This document shows, one piece after another, positions 1 through 15,400 of a stretch of DNA of 64,000 nucleotides (position 1 is the first letter of the stretch; each line of letters begins with the position of its first letter). The position numbers were made by a program, and so were the translations under genes. The notes beneath the pieces were generated by a model. The model had not been told where the DNA came from. It saw only the letters and a program-made list of their open reading frames with translations, and made no database searches. This DNA comes from the human T2T-CHM13v2.0 reference genome, Homo sapiens. Location of the stretch: assembly GCF_009914755.1 (NCBI RefSeq), contig NC_060927.1; one strand, written 5' to 3'.

Positions 1-3000
1 AAAACCTGATTTTCTTTTGTAGTATCCACATTCTTCATCAAAGTACAAAAACGTCTGTGGAGTGTCACAAACTGTATGACATGTTATTTCTTTTTAACAG
101 TTGTCTATATGCTTAGACCCGTGTTAGTCTCTATATCTGTGTGGCAATATCTGCTGAGACAAGTAAATGATTAATAGAAAACAAAACAACTTCCGTACAG
201 TTCAAACTTTTCATCCAAATATATATAGACAGTTTTGGAGAATTGTTTCAAGATTATAGAGGAAACATGTAACATTTAGAGCAGATGGAACTAGGTTTAG
301 GTAGAAGGCCAGTTCCACAAAGGGCAGAGGGAGGGATGGGATTTAATAGGTAAAGAAGAACCCATTTGAAAATAAAGGTTGTTTCAAAAGGCAGCTGCCG
401 CCAGGCACACAGCATTCCATCAGACAGGTGCCAGACAAGCAAAAGCAAGGAAGTTGGCAGAAAGAAAGTCCAGGTGATGTAGGTTGAGGTATTTCTTTCT
501 TTGGCAGTATCTTGCTTTTGTGAATCACTTTATTAAAAAAAATCACTTTCTTCCCATTCTTAAGGGGTTTTGGCAAACAGAATTTCAGATCTTGAAACAA
601 ATGAGCTGCAACAGAAAAATAAGTACCTGAGCTCGAGGTATCCCTTCCCAAAGCCTTCACTTATTGGTGAGAAAAACCTGGGCCCAGGGAGGGCTTGCAG
701 CTTACCCAGTTCGGACTCCTGCCAGTTCAGCGCTCTGCACTCCATTGATTGTTCTAGGCCCGGCAGCCTGTTAGGTTCCTGTGCAGGGCCCCTCTTTTGC
801 AGTTCTGAATAACCTCTAGTGCCCCTGCTTCAAAAATGCAGTACATCCTCAAGTTCCCATTTACTCAGGATACATTTTAGCACAGGGCAGATCAGACGGT
901 GTCTCTACTGTTAGTATTGCAAAGTATGTATGGGAAACACAGAGAATTGGAGCTGCGTTGAATGCAAACTTGAGGTGTTTCCCTTGAGGAATTCTTGTCT
1001 TCAAACGTCTGCAGAGTAATGGACCATGTTACAACTTTCCTGTTCATCTGTGAACCATGAAAATGGATGGCACTGATGCATTAGACCCTCAGCAGCCTGC
1101 AATTGCAAATCTGCGAGGTTTCATTCGGCCCATAAAGCAAACATTTGAACTTACACAGAATGAGCACTTAAATACGGGTGCAATAAATGAAGGGAAAAAC
1201 CTCAGCCGTTTCTCCATTCTGAAGATATAGCAAGCACCGGGAAATCTAAGATTTTTCATCAACAATATCTTCTGCCAGCCCAGTTTGGGGGGAAAAACCC
1301 CTTTTACATTTTTCTTCAGTAAAGTACTGGAACTTACTTTTCCCTGTCTGTGCTAATGAGCTGATTTTCAGCTGATAGAAAACAAAATGATAGAGTACTT
1401 TTTTCCTTGGCCAAGTATTTTCTCATTTGTATTTAATTTCATAAATTAGACAGCCAGTGAAATTAGACCTCAAACTAGGTCCTGATGGATAATGAATGTT
1501 ATGTCACCTTTAACAGTGAAGTGGTTATTATAGGTCACTTTCTAATTTCATATTTTCCCTTTTGCTTTCTGCTGCCCTCAGGGTATATAGTGTATCTCTA
1601 ACCTGATTTTTCAAGGTTATTTTTGGAGCAGTTTCTTAAAACAGGCATTCCCTAACTTGCTCATTTAATTAATGAAAAATTGAACTGATGCCATGGATAT
1701 AAAAACAAATGCAATGTTTGATTGTCAGTGTTTCTGATTTGGCAAAAAGGAATCATCTCTATTTTTTTGCAAACAATATCAAAGTGCATATTTTCTCTCA
1801 TGTGGTTTCTATTTATTCAATCATTCATTTGTTTGCTAAGGACGCCATAGTCAACCCTTTACTTGGTGTTTGTTTTCTATTTCTGTATTCATTTTCCAAG
1901 GCATTTTCTTTTCTTTATTACTGTTTTCACCATTGGTGGGGTAGGGGGAAGCATTTTATATCTCCAACAGTTTGCTGGGAAAAACCACACTTTTTCCCTT
2001 TCTATTCACTGGAAAGGGAAATGTAACTACTTCTGAAGCATTCTAAGTACAACTGGAAATGCTTTCTTCACCTCAGTTCTTTCACTCTCGCCTTGCTTGC
2101 AAATAGACTTTTTTATTGTTATTCAAAAGGGATTAGCTTGGAAGAAAAAAAAATGTTTCTTTAAAGATTGGTGATTCAGAATCACCATCCGGAGGTCTAG
2201 AATAATTTTGGCCTGGAATCTCTGCAGGACTTGATCTAATCTGGTGTGGACAGTTCCCCTGCCCCAACCCCCACTTCCCCCATAAGCACTGATACCAGCT
2301 TCTTTAGTAAAAAGGAGATGCTGAGGGAACTAAGGATTTTTATGTCTGCTGGTTCAACATTGCCCAGAACAGGTAAACAGAACTAAATGGGTTTCTCATA
2401 TTAAAGAATTCCTAGGAGACTTGACGGCGGGAGATGACAATGAAGGCTTTCTTTATGTCTTCAAATTTATTTATCTTTTCTTCTTTAAGAAACCTTATAT
2501 GCTGGGAATCTTGAGGTACATTCCAAAACTATACTTATATCAGGCTAAATTTTAATTCTAATCTTGAACTCCCCCATACTGTTCTCTGTTACACACTCCT
2601 AAAATTTTGAAATGTATAGATTTTTGTGGAGAAGACACCAAACTCTTTCCTTAGCAGGAAACCATGGAAAGCTTTTATAAAATTAATGACAAACTCAAGT
2701 GTTTAGCTCCAAAGCTTAAATGGGGAAATGTGAAGTTCATATAAACTGAGCAATTTGCAAGGGTACCTGACATGCCTGAAAACACAGGGAACAGCCAGAC
2801 AATGGCTCTTGCATAATTACCAAATTGTGGAGTTTGTGGATGTATTTATATTTAGGAAATCATCCAGTCCCCTTCCCCAGTTTATATGGATGCCGTAAGA
2901 CATTAAAGTGGCATTATGCATTTGCCCTCCTGACAGCCCATTATGTCAGTTATATATTAAATATGAAGCAAATCCAGTATCATGTACCTCATGCAAGTAG

Positions 3001-3290
3001 TTCTGGCCACAAAGTGCGTCAGATCATGCCTCTCCTTTCCACCTGGGCCTCCCTGTCTCCCTCCCATAAGATTAGATGGACAAAGTAAATTTCAGCCTGG
3101 GCCCTGACAGAGTGATCATGAATTCCTAGTAAGGGGTGGGGGTGTCCTGAATTAATAAGGTAGCATTTTAATGCATCAGTCTGCGTATTACCACGTCTCA
3201 TTCATATAAACAAGACAGTGGTCATGAGGAGAAGGGAAACAAACCATGTAATTGGGGCAGAAAGGACTACATTTTTACAGCTGTGACTTA
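1..3290. other. Unique, apparently repeat-free AT/U-rich sequence; possibly the distal 3'UTR/downstream flank of a gene lying upstream of the window
   Basis: No recognisable TE for ~3.2 kb, no credible ORF, AATAAA at 371-376 and 1182-1187, U/GU-rich tracts at ~1800-1930. Confidence 0.3.
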
Positions 3291-3299
3291 AGTGGGGAG

Positions 3300-3510
3300 A
3301 AGCATTTGTTGTGCATCTAACCCTCTGCTAGGAGCTTCACAGAGATTACTTACATTGAATCCTTTCAGTTGCCCATGTCGTCCCTATGTTAGAGAATAGT
3401 GTTTACTCAGCCTCACAGAGCCAAGCAACTTGCCTGAAATCTCACAGCTGGTAAGAAACAACTGAGACTTAACTCAGGACTGACTGACTAAAACCAGTAG
3501 TTTTCCAACT
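3300..3510 (-). mobile_element. MIR SINE fragment
   Basis: Degenerate antisense MIR core (gcaacttgcctgaaatctcacagctggtaag). Confidence 0.55.
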
Positions 3511-3799
3511 GTATAATGGTCCACAAGCTAAATCTAGGTCAGGAATAGAGAGCACATAACTCCCAAATATTCAGCATTTGAGTCAGGAACAATGGAGAAG
3601 AGGGAGGGTCTAATTTAAGACTCAAACCTGAGATCAATATACGGAAATCACAAGCCAAAGAGGAAAAAGTAAAGGACAGGTCTTCTATGGTTGTGACAAC
3701 AAATCCCTACATTGAACTGGAAGAACCTGAAGCTGCAAAAGAAAAGCAATCAGTCAAAATGAGAGTGGGTGGGAGTAAAAGTAGGTCCCAAATATGGCC

Positions 3800-4000
3800 G
3801 TATTTTGAGCACTTGTGCTTCAGATGCCGTACTGAGCGCTTGGCCTGTATTATCTTGTGGAATCCTCAATAACTCTGTAAAGTAGGTATATTCCTGTCCC
3901 CATTTTTCACATAGAGAAACTGAGCCTCAGTTCATCACTGATAAGTGATGAGGCCAAGCAGCCCTGGCTATCAGATTCCAAGGCCCAAGACTAACCATGA
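3800..4000 (-). mobile_element. MIR SINE
   Basis: aatcctcaataactctgtaaagtagg...cccatttttcacatagagaaactgagcctcag matches the antisense MIR core. Confidence 0.7.
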
Positions 4001-4659
4001 ATCTATGTTCTAACTGAAAAGGCACTCAGAGTACTGGGCTGGCCATCTCATTGGCCTGATGGATTTAGTTCTTTCCTGAGAATGAGGAACAAAGAAAAGG
4101 GTAGGTGTCATAATCTTGCAAGGGACCTCCCCACAGAAGGCTTGTTCATGTGGCATTTAATACCACAGCCTTAGATAAGAAAGGAAATGCTACCTTGCTG
4201 CTTTTCTTTTTTAACCATTAAGGTTAGTCTCCCATTTTAATCATATACCACATCATCCAGAGCAAAGTCTTGTTCTGATGCTGTAAGTAATCTCATCTTA
4301 ACTTTCCTATAGACCATTCTGGGGGCTGGGGGTGCTAGGAGGATAAACTCCCTGGAGAACTGTTAGTGAAGAGTTTTATGACTAATCCTGTATCTTTGTG
4401 ATCTCAATAGCCCTTAATTTAAAAATATATTACTTTCAATCTTGTAAGAGGCAGACTGGTTTAAGTATCTCCTGTGCTACTGATGAAACTAGGAAAAGAA
4501 GGTGACCATGAATATGAACCAAAATATATGCTTTCATATTATTTTCTCACTTATCAGAGCACCACACACCTATTAACAGTACTTGATTTTACCAAATTTT
4601 TGTTCTAACTAGCTTAGGGGGGCTCCCACCATCATAAGATGGTTCGTGTTTGCAACTCA

Positions 4660-5035
4660 TTTAAAAATCGCATTTTTTCTTCTGATTATAACAGTAGTAT
4701 ATGTTTACTATAGAGAATCTAGAGAAAAATATTTATTAAAAATAGAATTCAACAACTCAAAACCAGATGAGATTTTGGTACACTTCCTTCTACTCTCTTT
4801 TTTCTCTGTGTATGTATTTATATATGTATATATACATATAATTATAAAAAATATATACCTTTATGAGTATAGAATTGGAATCATGGTATATATAGCTTTG
4901 TACACTTTTTTCTATTATGCAAAATGTAAGCATCTTTTTATATTATTAAACTATCTTGGAAACCATGGTATTAAAGGCTGTATAACCATCTATCATATGG
5001 ATATTCAGTAATGGAACAAGTCCTTTTGGAAGCAT
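4660..5035 (-). mobile_element. Old L1M 3' fragment with TA-rich low complexity
   Basis: AT-rich, L1ME-like antisense phrases (tggaatcatggtatatatag, ggctgtataaccatctatcatatggat). Confidence 0.4.
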
Positions 5036-8000
5036 TTTGCCTCTTCCACGTCAAACACCAGGGACATAAAGATGAGCCTACCCTGCCCCTGCTCTCCAGG
5101 ATGTAGTCACAGAGGAAGATAGACATCCACGTAAAGGACCATCCAGTATGATAACTACACGGAGAAGATGAAACAGCAGGACAGCACAGGGAAGAAGAAC
5201 CCTGGTCAGACTGGGGAGCTCAAATTTCAGATCTCACTACTTAAGCTCAGAATGAAAAGATGAGCCGAGGGCTTCACAAGCAAGCATCCAGAGGGAGGGC
5301 ATCCTAGGCAGCGAACAAATTGCTGTGATCACAGGCTTTCTAAGGAAGTGGAAGAAGTCTTCCCGGAGGACTTGGGGATTCTGGAGGCCTTCTGATAAAA
5401 GGGAAAGGGCTCCTAAAAATACAGGGTAACTACATTGGGAGCTGAAGTAGGAGAGAAACTACAGCAAGTTTTTGTGCAGAGGGGAGAGGGAGAGGCTGGA
5501 TTGTATGAGGAGCCTATGGTCCCCAGATGAAGCTTTATTCCCAGTTTGATTTTTTAAGCCATTCCACATAATCACTGGGGGGAGTGCCTTCCTGGTGAGA
5601 TAAGAGAAGCTCACAAGAGCAATTTGATAAACCTTCCAAGCCCTGGGGCCTCAGTGTGGAACCTCAGCTGTGGTAATATTTAAGACATAAGCATTAAACA
5701 GATGTGAGATTGCCCTAATTGCTTAAGACTATCCCAGTCAGTGGCTTGCACTTAGTACAGGTTTTCTTTGGTGTCTGTGGTGTCAAGAAAATAGGAAGTG
5801 CGTGTTTGGAAAATTGAAACTGATTATGTGGTGTTTAGAAGCACAAATGAATCCTCTTCAGCTTGTCCTTTGCCCACTAAATACAAATATTTCTAGTTCA
5901 CTTGCTTAGACAAAATTCTGATCCTTTTTTTAGTGTAACAAACAAGGCCTTAGACTTGGAATAGTAATAAAGAACCATACTTGGATACATGTACCCCCAG
6001 ACTCACATATTGCTCCCCTCCCTTTGTTTCCAAAAGTAAAACAGGTCAAAGACATTGTAGTATAACTTAATACAAAATACCTCTGAATCTAGATTTTATT
6101 CCTATGGGATTTTCCTTGGGTTTTTAATTGGATTGATTTTCTGATCATGGAAATTCCTGATAGCAAAAAGAGATTGATAGAAAAGGTTATTTTCCCCAAT
6201 TCTGCTCTTAACAAGTATATGGGTGGACATTATACGTCTTGTTGTTTTGATCATTAGGAGATTTGTCCAGGGCAGATTCCATCAACACCTCCTCTGAATT
6301 ATTGGTCTCTCTCTGGAGAAATACTCAACTGACCATCTTACAAAACGCTTAATTTCAATTCATTTCCCCAGACTTACAAGTTATAGTTAGCTTCCCATTA
6401 ACTACATAAATTGAGAGGAGCAGTTTGTAAGCAGTGAAAAACACTGGACCATCCAAAAGCCAATAGAGGTTTGTTGAATGAATGAAGTCATTCACAACTT
6501 TGACTTTGGAGTGAATAGTAAGTTTTTGCTAGAAGCAAATGCATTCATCTCCCTGGTTATACTTTGTTTTGTCTGGTAATAGATTTCTGGACTGTTGCAG
6601 AGAGCAAGCTGGCATTTGGTTGATTTAGGGGAACAGATTGTATTTCTTAAATTTTCTTTTTTTTTCTTCCATATTGAGACCTGGGAAATTTCCCTTAACT
6701 TCATTCCAAGTTTGTGGAAATCATACAACCCAGGACATCTTGCTTGGGCTGAGCCACTTGTAATGATCTGGGATTGCTTGGATTTGTGTTCAGCTCCCCA
6801 AGGTGCTATTCTGAACACACAACACAACAGCTTACATTTTCTGGGCACGTAGCAACTCTCAGTAGATTTGGTCAGATGAGTACCTATTCTTTATAGTTCA
6901 GGGGGGTACACTTTCACAGTTCCTCAAACTCTGGAAGCCTTATTCAAAAGAGTACAGCCATCTTATTTTTTACCCCAGCAAATTTTGCACTTTGGAGATG
7001 AATACTGGGAATTAACACACAATCTTCCTCTTGTAGCACAACTACCAAAGGTCAGGTTAGGGAGAAGTTTGGGAAAGAGTAATGACACCAGAGGAGGAAG
7101 GGAAAGAAAGCCACACAGCCACTGTGGAAATGTCAAACAGTGGAGATGGTGTAGTCAGAAAATACTGCTTAGGGGCAGAGTGGTAGACATCTCTCTCTCC
7201 CTCAAAGCTCTGTAACATGAGATCCTGGTGGGAGTGGACAAATTATAACTCAAAGTTTGCTGAAAGAAGAGCCTTTTAAACTGGCCTCTTAGGAAACAGT
7301 CTCTCCTTTTCCCTCTTCTTTTTCACTTTCTCTAAGCAAAGCTGTTCAGAATTTCTACAATTACTTGTAACACCTCTCTCATTTGGATTATCTTCTTCTC
7401 TGTAGGCAACATCCATTCTGGGGAGTGAGGAAAGCTCGAAGTTGGATGTAGAAGAGTGGAGGCAGGGGTCTGGACTCTAAGGATCCTAAAGTTTTCTTTT
7501 TAAGTTGTCCTGGCCAGTTCCCCAGGGCATACGGAAAAAAGGCATCCAGAATAAAAGCTCTGTCCATGCATTCTTAAAAAAAAAAAATGCATATGATAGG
7601 CTTGACCATCCCTTGATTAGCCATCCTGAAGGTGAAAGAATGATGGATAAAGTCTAGAATGGCTAGCAGTCAGAGCCAAATGGCTCGGTCAGTTCATTTC
7701 TAACCCTAGTCCTTTCTCTTCCTCCATGAAAAGTATTAAGCTAATTAAGCTACTTATCTTTTCTAATTTACTGGCTTATACTTCCACATCCCTACTTCTT
7801 GTTCTCTGTATTGCAGTTCCACTAGAATGCTTTTCAGAACCTTGGTCGTACCTTCTCACATTCACATAGATCTCTCACTGAAACACCTCCTCCTTTTTCC
7901 CCTGCTTAATCCTCACTCTTTCCTTGGAGCTTTTTAGACAAAGCCTTCGAAGCCCAGATTAAGTTAGTTTTGCCTGTCATACCTTCTTATATTAGGCTGT

Positions 8001-8305
8001 TCTCTCCTTCTTAGCAACCGTTATGGCTGCTGACTTTATTCACCACCGGAAGATATTTGCCTTATTCACTACTGCATGCCCAGGGCCTACAACAGTACAT
8101 GGCCCCAGGTAACTTCTCAATTGTTTTCTCCCCCGTTTCTAAATAATGAGTAAATGTATGCCCAACTTCTGACCCAAGGACTGGGCACTTAGGAAATACA
8201 ATTTTAGGAGCAGCCCTGCAAAATCTTTTCTCTCACCCCAGTTTTTTCCTGCTATTCTCCCTCACCACAATAGCATTTCTACTTTTCCTTAGAGAGCACA
8301 GTCCT

Positions 8306-9000
<695 letters not shown>

Positions 9001-9169
9001 ATTGGGAGTTCTGCTTGGATGAGTATGTCCAGGTAGTTGACTGTCATTGTGAATCCTGGGTAGGGCATACCCTTCACAATGACATACAAAACAAGTTCTG
9101 CTTTTCTCACTCGCCAAATGGGTGCTCCCAACCCGATATGTCTCATCAAGGCATATTGATAAAAGTTTG

Positions 9170-9300
9170 AGGAACCTTTATAGACCATTTAGTTCAATAC
9201 CCTTGTTTTGCAGATGGAGAAACTGAGGCCCAGGGAAAGAGAATAATTTAGCCAGGCACTCTCAACCCGTGAGTGGAGAAGCTGAAACTAGAAGTAAAGC
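9170..9300 (-). mobile_element. MIR SINE fragment
   Basis: ttttgcagatggagaaactgaggcccag core. Confidence 0.65.
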
Positions 9301-10479
9301 CTCCCTACATTTAGAAATAGGAAAACTTAAGCTTTCCCCCAAAATTTTCTCACCCTGCATTATGAGGAAAATTGCCTTAGGCTAATTTCATTAAGTCTGT
9401 TGAGGAGGAATAATCTACGGACATATATATTTCTGGCTATATATATTGCACCTTCCAGCAGCCACCAGTGAGTGACAGTCTTGCTGTTAGCTCCTATAAT
9501 GTGTAGAAGTTCCATTCCGTTTTCACCCCAACACCCTGCCTAGATCAATTGGGCTGAGCAAAACCACAGGCAGCAATCCTCAAGCCCATTTCTATTCTTC
9601 TGGATAAAAAAGACATTTTTTTTTTTTCAAAATATAGGGGATGTCATCTTTTTCCCAGCCATCTTGTGAGGGAAGAAGATAGCAAGACAGAAATAACTCC
9701 TTATAATCTTTTCAAATACCAAAGCATTCCACTTCCCATGCAATCATTTTGAACCTCTAACACGAGCAAAAACTATAGCTGTTATGGAGAAAAGAACTCT
9801 TAGTTTGAAAAGATCGAGTACTAGCATATAGAATCCCCCAAACCACTTTAAATTAATGAGTCATACAATATATCTGACATGTTACCAAATCCTCCCCAGA
9901 CCCAAGGCTCAACAGTTTTTGAAATCTCAACACACATTTTCTGAGGAATTGCAGTTTGGAATGAAACTAGGGCTTCTGGTGGAGTGATCTGTACAGTAGT
10001 CACAGGATGGTCCTTTCACTGAATAAATACTTTTTGAGCAACTATTATGTGTTGGGCATAATTACAGGTGGTTCTCTTTACTGGTTAGAGTCAGCATGGT
10101 AGAGCGGACTGACATTACCTCATCACAGAAGCCCACGGGAAAAGAAGACACATCCCCCAGACCTCACCTAAGTGGGAGTCCAGAGAGCCTCCTTGATTTA
10201 AGTGGCTGTGGCTTTCAAAAAGTGTTAAGGAATTCAAAAAAAGGAGAGATCTCTTAGAACTGTAGAGGGAAAAACAGGGGGAAGTATATTTTTGTGGAAG
10301 GATTTAGAGATGAGGTGACACTGTGGCAGGGCCTCAGAGAATGGGGAGCATTTGAACTTGGGAAAGTCGGGGAAGGAAAAGCATGAACTAAAGGAAGTCT
10401 GAAGGAAAATGTCAATTATGGGGTATTGCAACAAAAATTAGTTTAGTTGCTGGACTAGTTCAGGAGGGAGAAGTGGTAA

Positions 10480-10710
10480 AAATAACAAACTTTTATTGAG
10501 CCTTTACAATGTTCCAGGGACAATGGTGAGCACTTTATATGAATAATTTCATTAATCTTCAAAACAATCCTATGAGACAGGTTCTCTTGTTTCCTCCATT
10601 TTATACATGAGGAAACAGGAAGCTTAGAAAGGTTAAGCAATTTGTTCAAGGTCACAAGAGGCAGAATCAGGTATTTAACCCAGAATCAATGCTCATCACC
10701 ACAACACTAT
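10480..10710 (-). mobile_element. MIR SINE
   Basis: ccattttatacatgaggaaacaggaagcttagaaaggttaagcaatttgttcaaggtcaca. Confidence 0.8.
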
Positions 10711-11412
10711 CCTAGGATTAGATTATGAGGAAAACTGTGCTGGAGTGAAGGCCTGAGACTATCTTCTTCAAGTAGAAGGGAGCCACTGAAGGACTTTGAA
10801 CAATGAGAATGACATAATCAATGTCATTCTTTAGGAGGGTCAAGGTAATAATACAATGATCAAGGATCAAGCATCCAAAATACATGCAAGAAAGACCCCC
10901 ACCAAGACTTCTTACAAAAGTTTAAAAATATAAAATAAAAGTGCAGCTTTCAAGCACCAAGGTAATTTCCCTGCTTCAGCTACCATTAAAGAACTGAGGC
11001 AGTTAATAAGAGAAAGACAGTCTTCATCTTTCCCCACCTGTATTTCATGAATTGCTTCAGGACGTCAGGCTATGGGGCACCAGTACAGAGGAGGCTAGAG
11101 AGACAAATGAAGCAAATCCCCAATGGTGGCTGTTGGAAGGTGCAACACAAAAGTTTCTTCATCTTTAAAACCTGCATGGAAGTAAAGATCAATTACCCAT
11201 AGAAGTATGGGGACTACCTGTGACAAAATGATTAATCCCAGTGGGTGGCCCTACTGCCACCTTGCTCCTTTTCTGCCTGCAGTGGTATGAGACCCTTAGC
11301 TCTTTGGATATAAAGAGATGGATATAAAGTGGATGATGCGCTTTTTATAGCAATGTAACACAACAAAATGTGACAAGATATGGAGCAGAAAAAACAGATA
11401 TAAAAATTACTT

Positions 11413-11706
11413 CAAGGGTGCAGTGCTCACTCTTGTAATCCCAGCTGCTTGGGAGACTGAGGCAGAGGAATACTTAAGTACAGGAGTTTGATACCAGCCT
11501 GGGCAACATAGCGAGCTCCCATCTCTAAAAAAATTATTTTTAACTTAGCTGGGTGTGGTTGCATGCACCTGTAGTCCCAGCTACCTAGAGGGCTGAGACA
11601 GGAGGATCCCTTAAGCCCAGGAGTTCAAGGCTGCAGTGAGCTATGATCATGCCACTGCACTCCAGCCTGAGCGACAGAGCCAGACTTTGTCACAAAAAAA
11701 GAAAAA
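11413..11706 (+). mobile_element. AluJ
   Basis: Dimeric Alu with J-type right arm (gagttcaaggctgcagtgagctatgatc); TSD aaaaattactt at 11402-11412 and 11707-11717. Confidence 0.95.
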
Positions 11707-13349
11707 AAAAATTACTTTGCAAAAAAAAATCTACATTCTCAATTATCCATTTCACTGATACTAGGTGTACATGCTGAAGCTCCTTAAGAAGATTGTACTG
11801 ACACATGAAGTATTCACTTTTAAGCATCTCATGCCAACTTATTTATTTGTTGTCTACAGTTGATATCTTAAAAATCACATGCATGGCAAATTGCCTATTG
11901 GCTATGGAAATTCAAATGTTCATGAGCAATTATAAGCATCTTAGCAAATGTGCTCATATTCTATCAAAAAAGAATAGCAAAATTGTATCATGGATTTTCT
12001 AATTCATTAATTAATCTCTAAATAAGTCTTTATTGAGCTCCTACCATTTGTCAGGGGATACAAGAAAACAAAGCAGACTTGTTTCTTGCCCTCTTTGAAT
12101 TTATGTTTTTGAAGGACAACTAGATAATAAGTTAAATAATTAGTTAATTTCAGTTTATGATAAGTACTATAAAAAATAAGAGTACTGAGATAAGAATACT
12201 TTGTGTGAGAGAGAGAAGGTAGCCTATTCCTTCCCCCGCCTCCCCAACCCTCCCTGGCCCCCACCCACGGCTATCTACAGCACATTCTAGATCATGCTAT
12301 TATGAAAAGATTCAGTCCCCTGGTGCTGGCTTTGTAGCAATAGCTGACTGTACTCTGATGAGGATGCTTTGTTACTTAAATATCTTCCTAGCAGAGGACT
12401 CACAGCAGTTTTCAAATGGCATTTCCATTCATCACTGCAGCACTCCTGAGAGGCAACAGAGGTTCAAGCCTCATTACTTCTATTTAAGAAAGAGGAAGGG
12501 CAATGACTGGAGAACTACCCTCTGCCAAATATTAAGGAGCAAAGCAGCTGTGGGGTTGATGTTGTGGCTCAGCTCAGATCCCCCTGTTGCTAGCTTTTTA
12601 CATTAGACCATTTAATTCTATCCTTCAGTGTAAGTTGGGAACTAACATATGCCCGAAGGTTTTAGAAATAAACCAACTCAATCCCAACTCAACAAACAGG
12701 GCATATTTGTTACGCTAAGTAAATTGTTTTCAATAATTATTAATATGAAGTTTATTTGCCTAAACTCATAAAATTTCCTGTGTGAGAAAATCTAGTCAAC
12801 AGAATCACAAACTGAATAATTTTGTTGACTGTTTCAGCTGGCTTTTTCTTCCTTTAAAACAACAAACAAGTAACCTTACAATGGAAATTTCTTTCACATG
12901 AATTCATGACCACATCAAGTGGAATTTGTTATAAGGCAGCCATCATGAGCCACATTCAGAAGAACAGACTCAGTTATTTAAATACTCAAAGAACATATGA
13001 GAATAATAAATTAATGTTCTGGAAGGGTTAAAGAAGAATCACTTATATCAAGCCCTTAACATTCCAGACATGGTTTAAAGCCAAGAAAAGTGAAATCACT
13101 TATCAAAGGTCTCACAACTTTTGAGAAAGACTCAAATTCTGTTTTCTTTAGTCCAAATCCTGTGCTCTGGTACAGGTATTAGGAAGTCTCCTTAATAGTC
13201 AGTACATCCTTGGGTTTCCCAATTGACATATATAGACAGAGATATCTTGGCGTAAGAATTCTGAGGGCACTTCACTTATCTCATAATGACACGATCCATC
13301 ATGGAGGTAAGCAAGCACAAAGACCCAATGACTCAAAACACCGTACAAT

Positions 13350-14445
13350 TTTTGTGCTTTTAAAATTTTATAATAATTTTAAAGACATTCAGGAAAATTA
13401 CAAGAATAATACAAAGAATTCTCATATACTTTTTACCCAGATCTTCCAAATGTTAACATTTTACTACGTTTGTTTCATTTTTCTCTCTGTTCTGAACTCT
13501 TTAAGAGCAAGTTACAAACACGATGTCCATTTATCGTTAAATACCTCAATGTGTAATTCCTAAAACAAAGAATGTTCTCTTACATGACCACAGTACAATT
13601 TACAAAATCAGGTCAAATAATATGAATATAATACTATTATCTAATCTACAGCCCTTATTTGGATTTATCTAATTGCCTAACGATGTTCTTTATAGCAAAA
13701 TAAAAAATCTAAGATTAAGTGTTTCACTTAGTGTTCATGTCTTTTTAGTTTCTTTCAATCTGGAATAGTTCTTGAGTCTTTCTTTGTATTTTGTGACATT
13801 GACATTTTTGAAGAGGGCAGGCCAAGATTACTGAATGTCCCTCAATTTGGTTTTGTCAGATCTTTTTTCAAGATTAGATTCCAGCTACACACTTTTGGCA
13901 GAAATATCACAGAAGTGATGCTGAGTTCTTCTCGGTGCATCATATCAGAAGGCACATGCTACAGATATATCCCATATCCCATAAGCCAATTAGGTCATTT
14001 GGTTAAGGTGGCATATCAGGTTTCTCCACTATAAAGTTATTCTTTTACCCTTTGTAATTATCTCGTGAGGGAAATGCTTTGAGACTATGTAAATATCCTG
14101 TTACTCCTCAAACTTTCACCTACTGGTTTTAAGAGTCATTGAATATTCTTGTCTGGATTAGTTATTATTATGATGTTTGCCAAATAATGATTTGATAATT
14201 TCATCTTCCTTTCTATATTTATTAGTTGGACTTTGACTATAAGAAAGAGTTTTCCATTTTCATTTGTTTGTTTTTTGTTTATCTATGGACTCATGGATTC
14301 TTATAACACTTTATTCAATACATTATAATCCTTTATTATAATTATTTATTTTGGTTCACCAGTTGTCTCAGATTTGGCTATTGGGAGTTCCTTCAAGCTG
14401 GCACCTGTGTCCTTTTGACCTGTCCCTTTGTCCATCATTATTTGA
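13350..14445 (-). mobile_element. Old L1 3' region (L1MC-like)
   Basis: Antisense L1MC-type 3'UTR phrases (ttttacccagatcttccaaatgttaacatttt; ttttggcagaaatatcacagaagtgatgctg). Confidence 0.75.
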
Positions 14446-14494
14446 GCACTCAAAGAAATTCACTCATAAGAATTTATAGAAGTTAGGCAACTAA

Positions 14495-15400
14495 GCTATA
14501 GGAAGCAGACCCTGAGAAAAGGATCCAAATACGAGTATTTGGATTTGGGAGGTAATTCTGGGAGCCATGGGGAAGGAAATGAGGCAGTGAAATGGGAAAG
14601 GGAAGGAAATCAGGAAAGGGTATTTATTGAGCAAGTAACCAATATGAACAGCTAGGGCTAAATTTCACTTGGAGACCGTGAAAACCGCAGAACATATGCT
14701 TCAGTTACACACTTAAAGAATGAGGAAACTAGAATATTCATACATTGTGGTAAGCAGAATAATGTCCACCACCCACCAAAAGATGTCCATGCCGTAATCT
14801 CCAGAACCTGTGGATATATTACCTTACGAGGCCAAAGGAACTTTGCTGACAAGATTAAGTTAAGGACATTGATACTGAGATGGTGAGATTAGATTGGATT
14901 AGCTGGGTGGGCCCAATGTAATCACAAGGGTCCTTAAAACAGGGAGGCAGAAGAGTCAGAGTCAGGGAAGGAAATGTGACCGAGGAAGCAGAGGTCAGAG
15001 CAATATGGAGCCACAGACCACAGAATTCTAGAAGCTGGCAAAGGCAAGAAGGCAGATTCTTCCCTCCAGAAGGAACACACCCCTGCCAGCCTGTTGAGAT
15101 AGCCTGGCGGGACCTGTGTCCGACTTCTGACCTCCAGAACTATAAGATAATAAATTGGCAGAGTTTGAAGCCACCACGTGTGTGGTAGTTTGTTACAGCA
15201 GCAGTAGGAAACTAATACATATGCCCACTCTCATCAGCCATTTTTAAAGGACCGTTTCGGGGATGTTTATTCACCAGCACTTCCACTCTGCAGGCTGTGA
15301 CTGGAGGAAGCCTCAGGCAAAGAGACACAGGTGTAGACATCTATACTCAGACTGGTGTAAATTCAACAACATAAGGGCAGAGCACTGACTGCCTGTACTA
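14495..15400 (-). mobile_element. ERVL LTR (LTR33-like), split by an MLT1D
   Basis: gaagcagaccctgagaaaagg...tttgggaggtaattctgggag...gggaaggaa; resumes after 15219. Confidence 0.6.
14746..15219 (+). mobile_element. MaLR solo LTR (MLT1D-like)
   Basis: TG...CA termini (tgtggtaagcagaataatg ... gcagtaggaaactaataca), typical MLT1D body. Confidence 0.88.

Noticed and set aside
1-1800. Assigning a host gene name to the putative 3'UTR (weak recollection of the LMO4 locus)
   Set aside because: No coding exon is in the window and the identity cannot be verified from sequence alone; needs a BLAT search.
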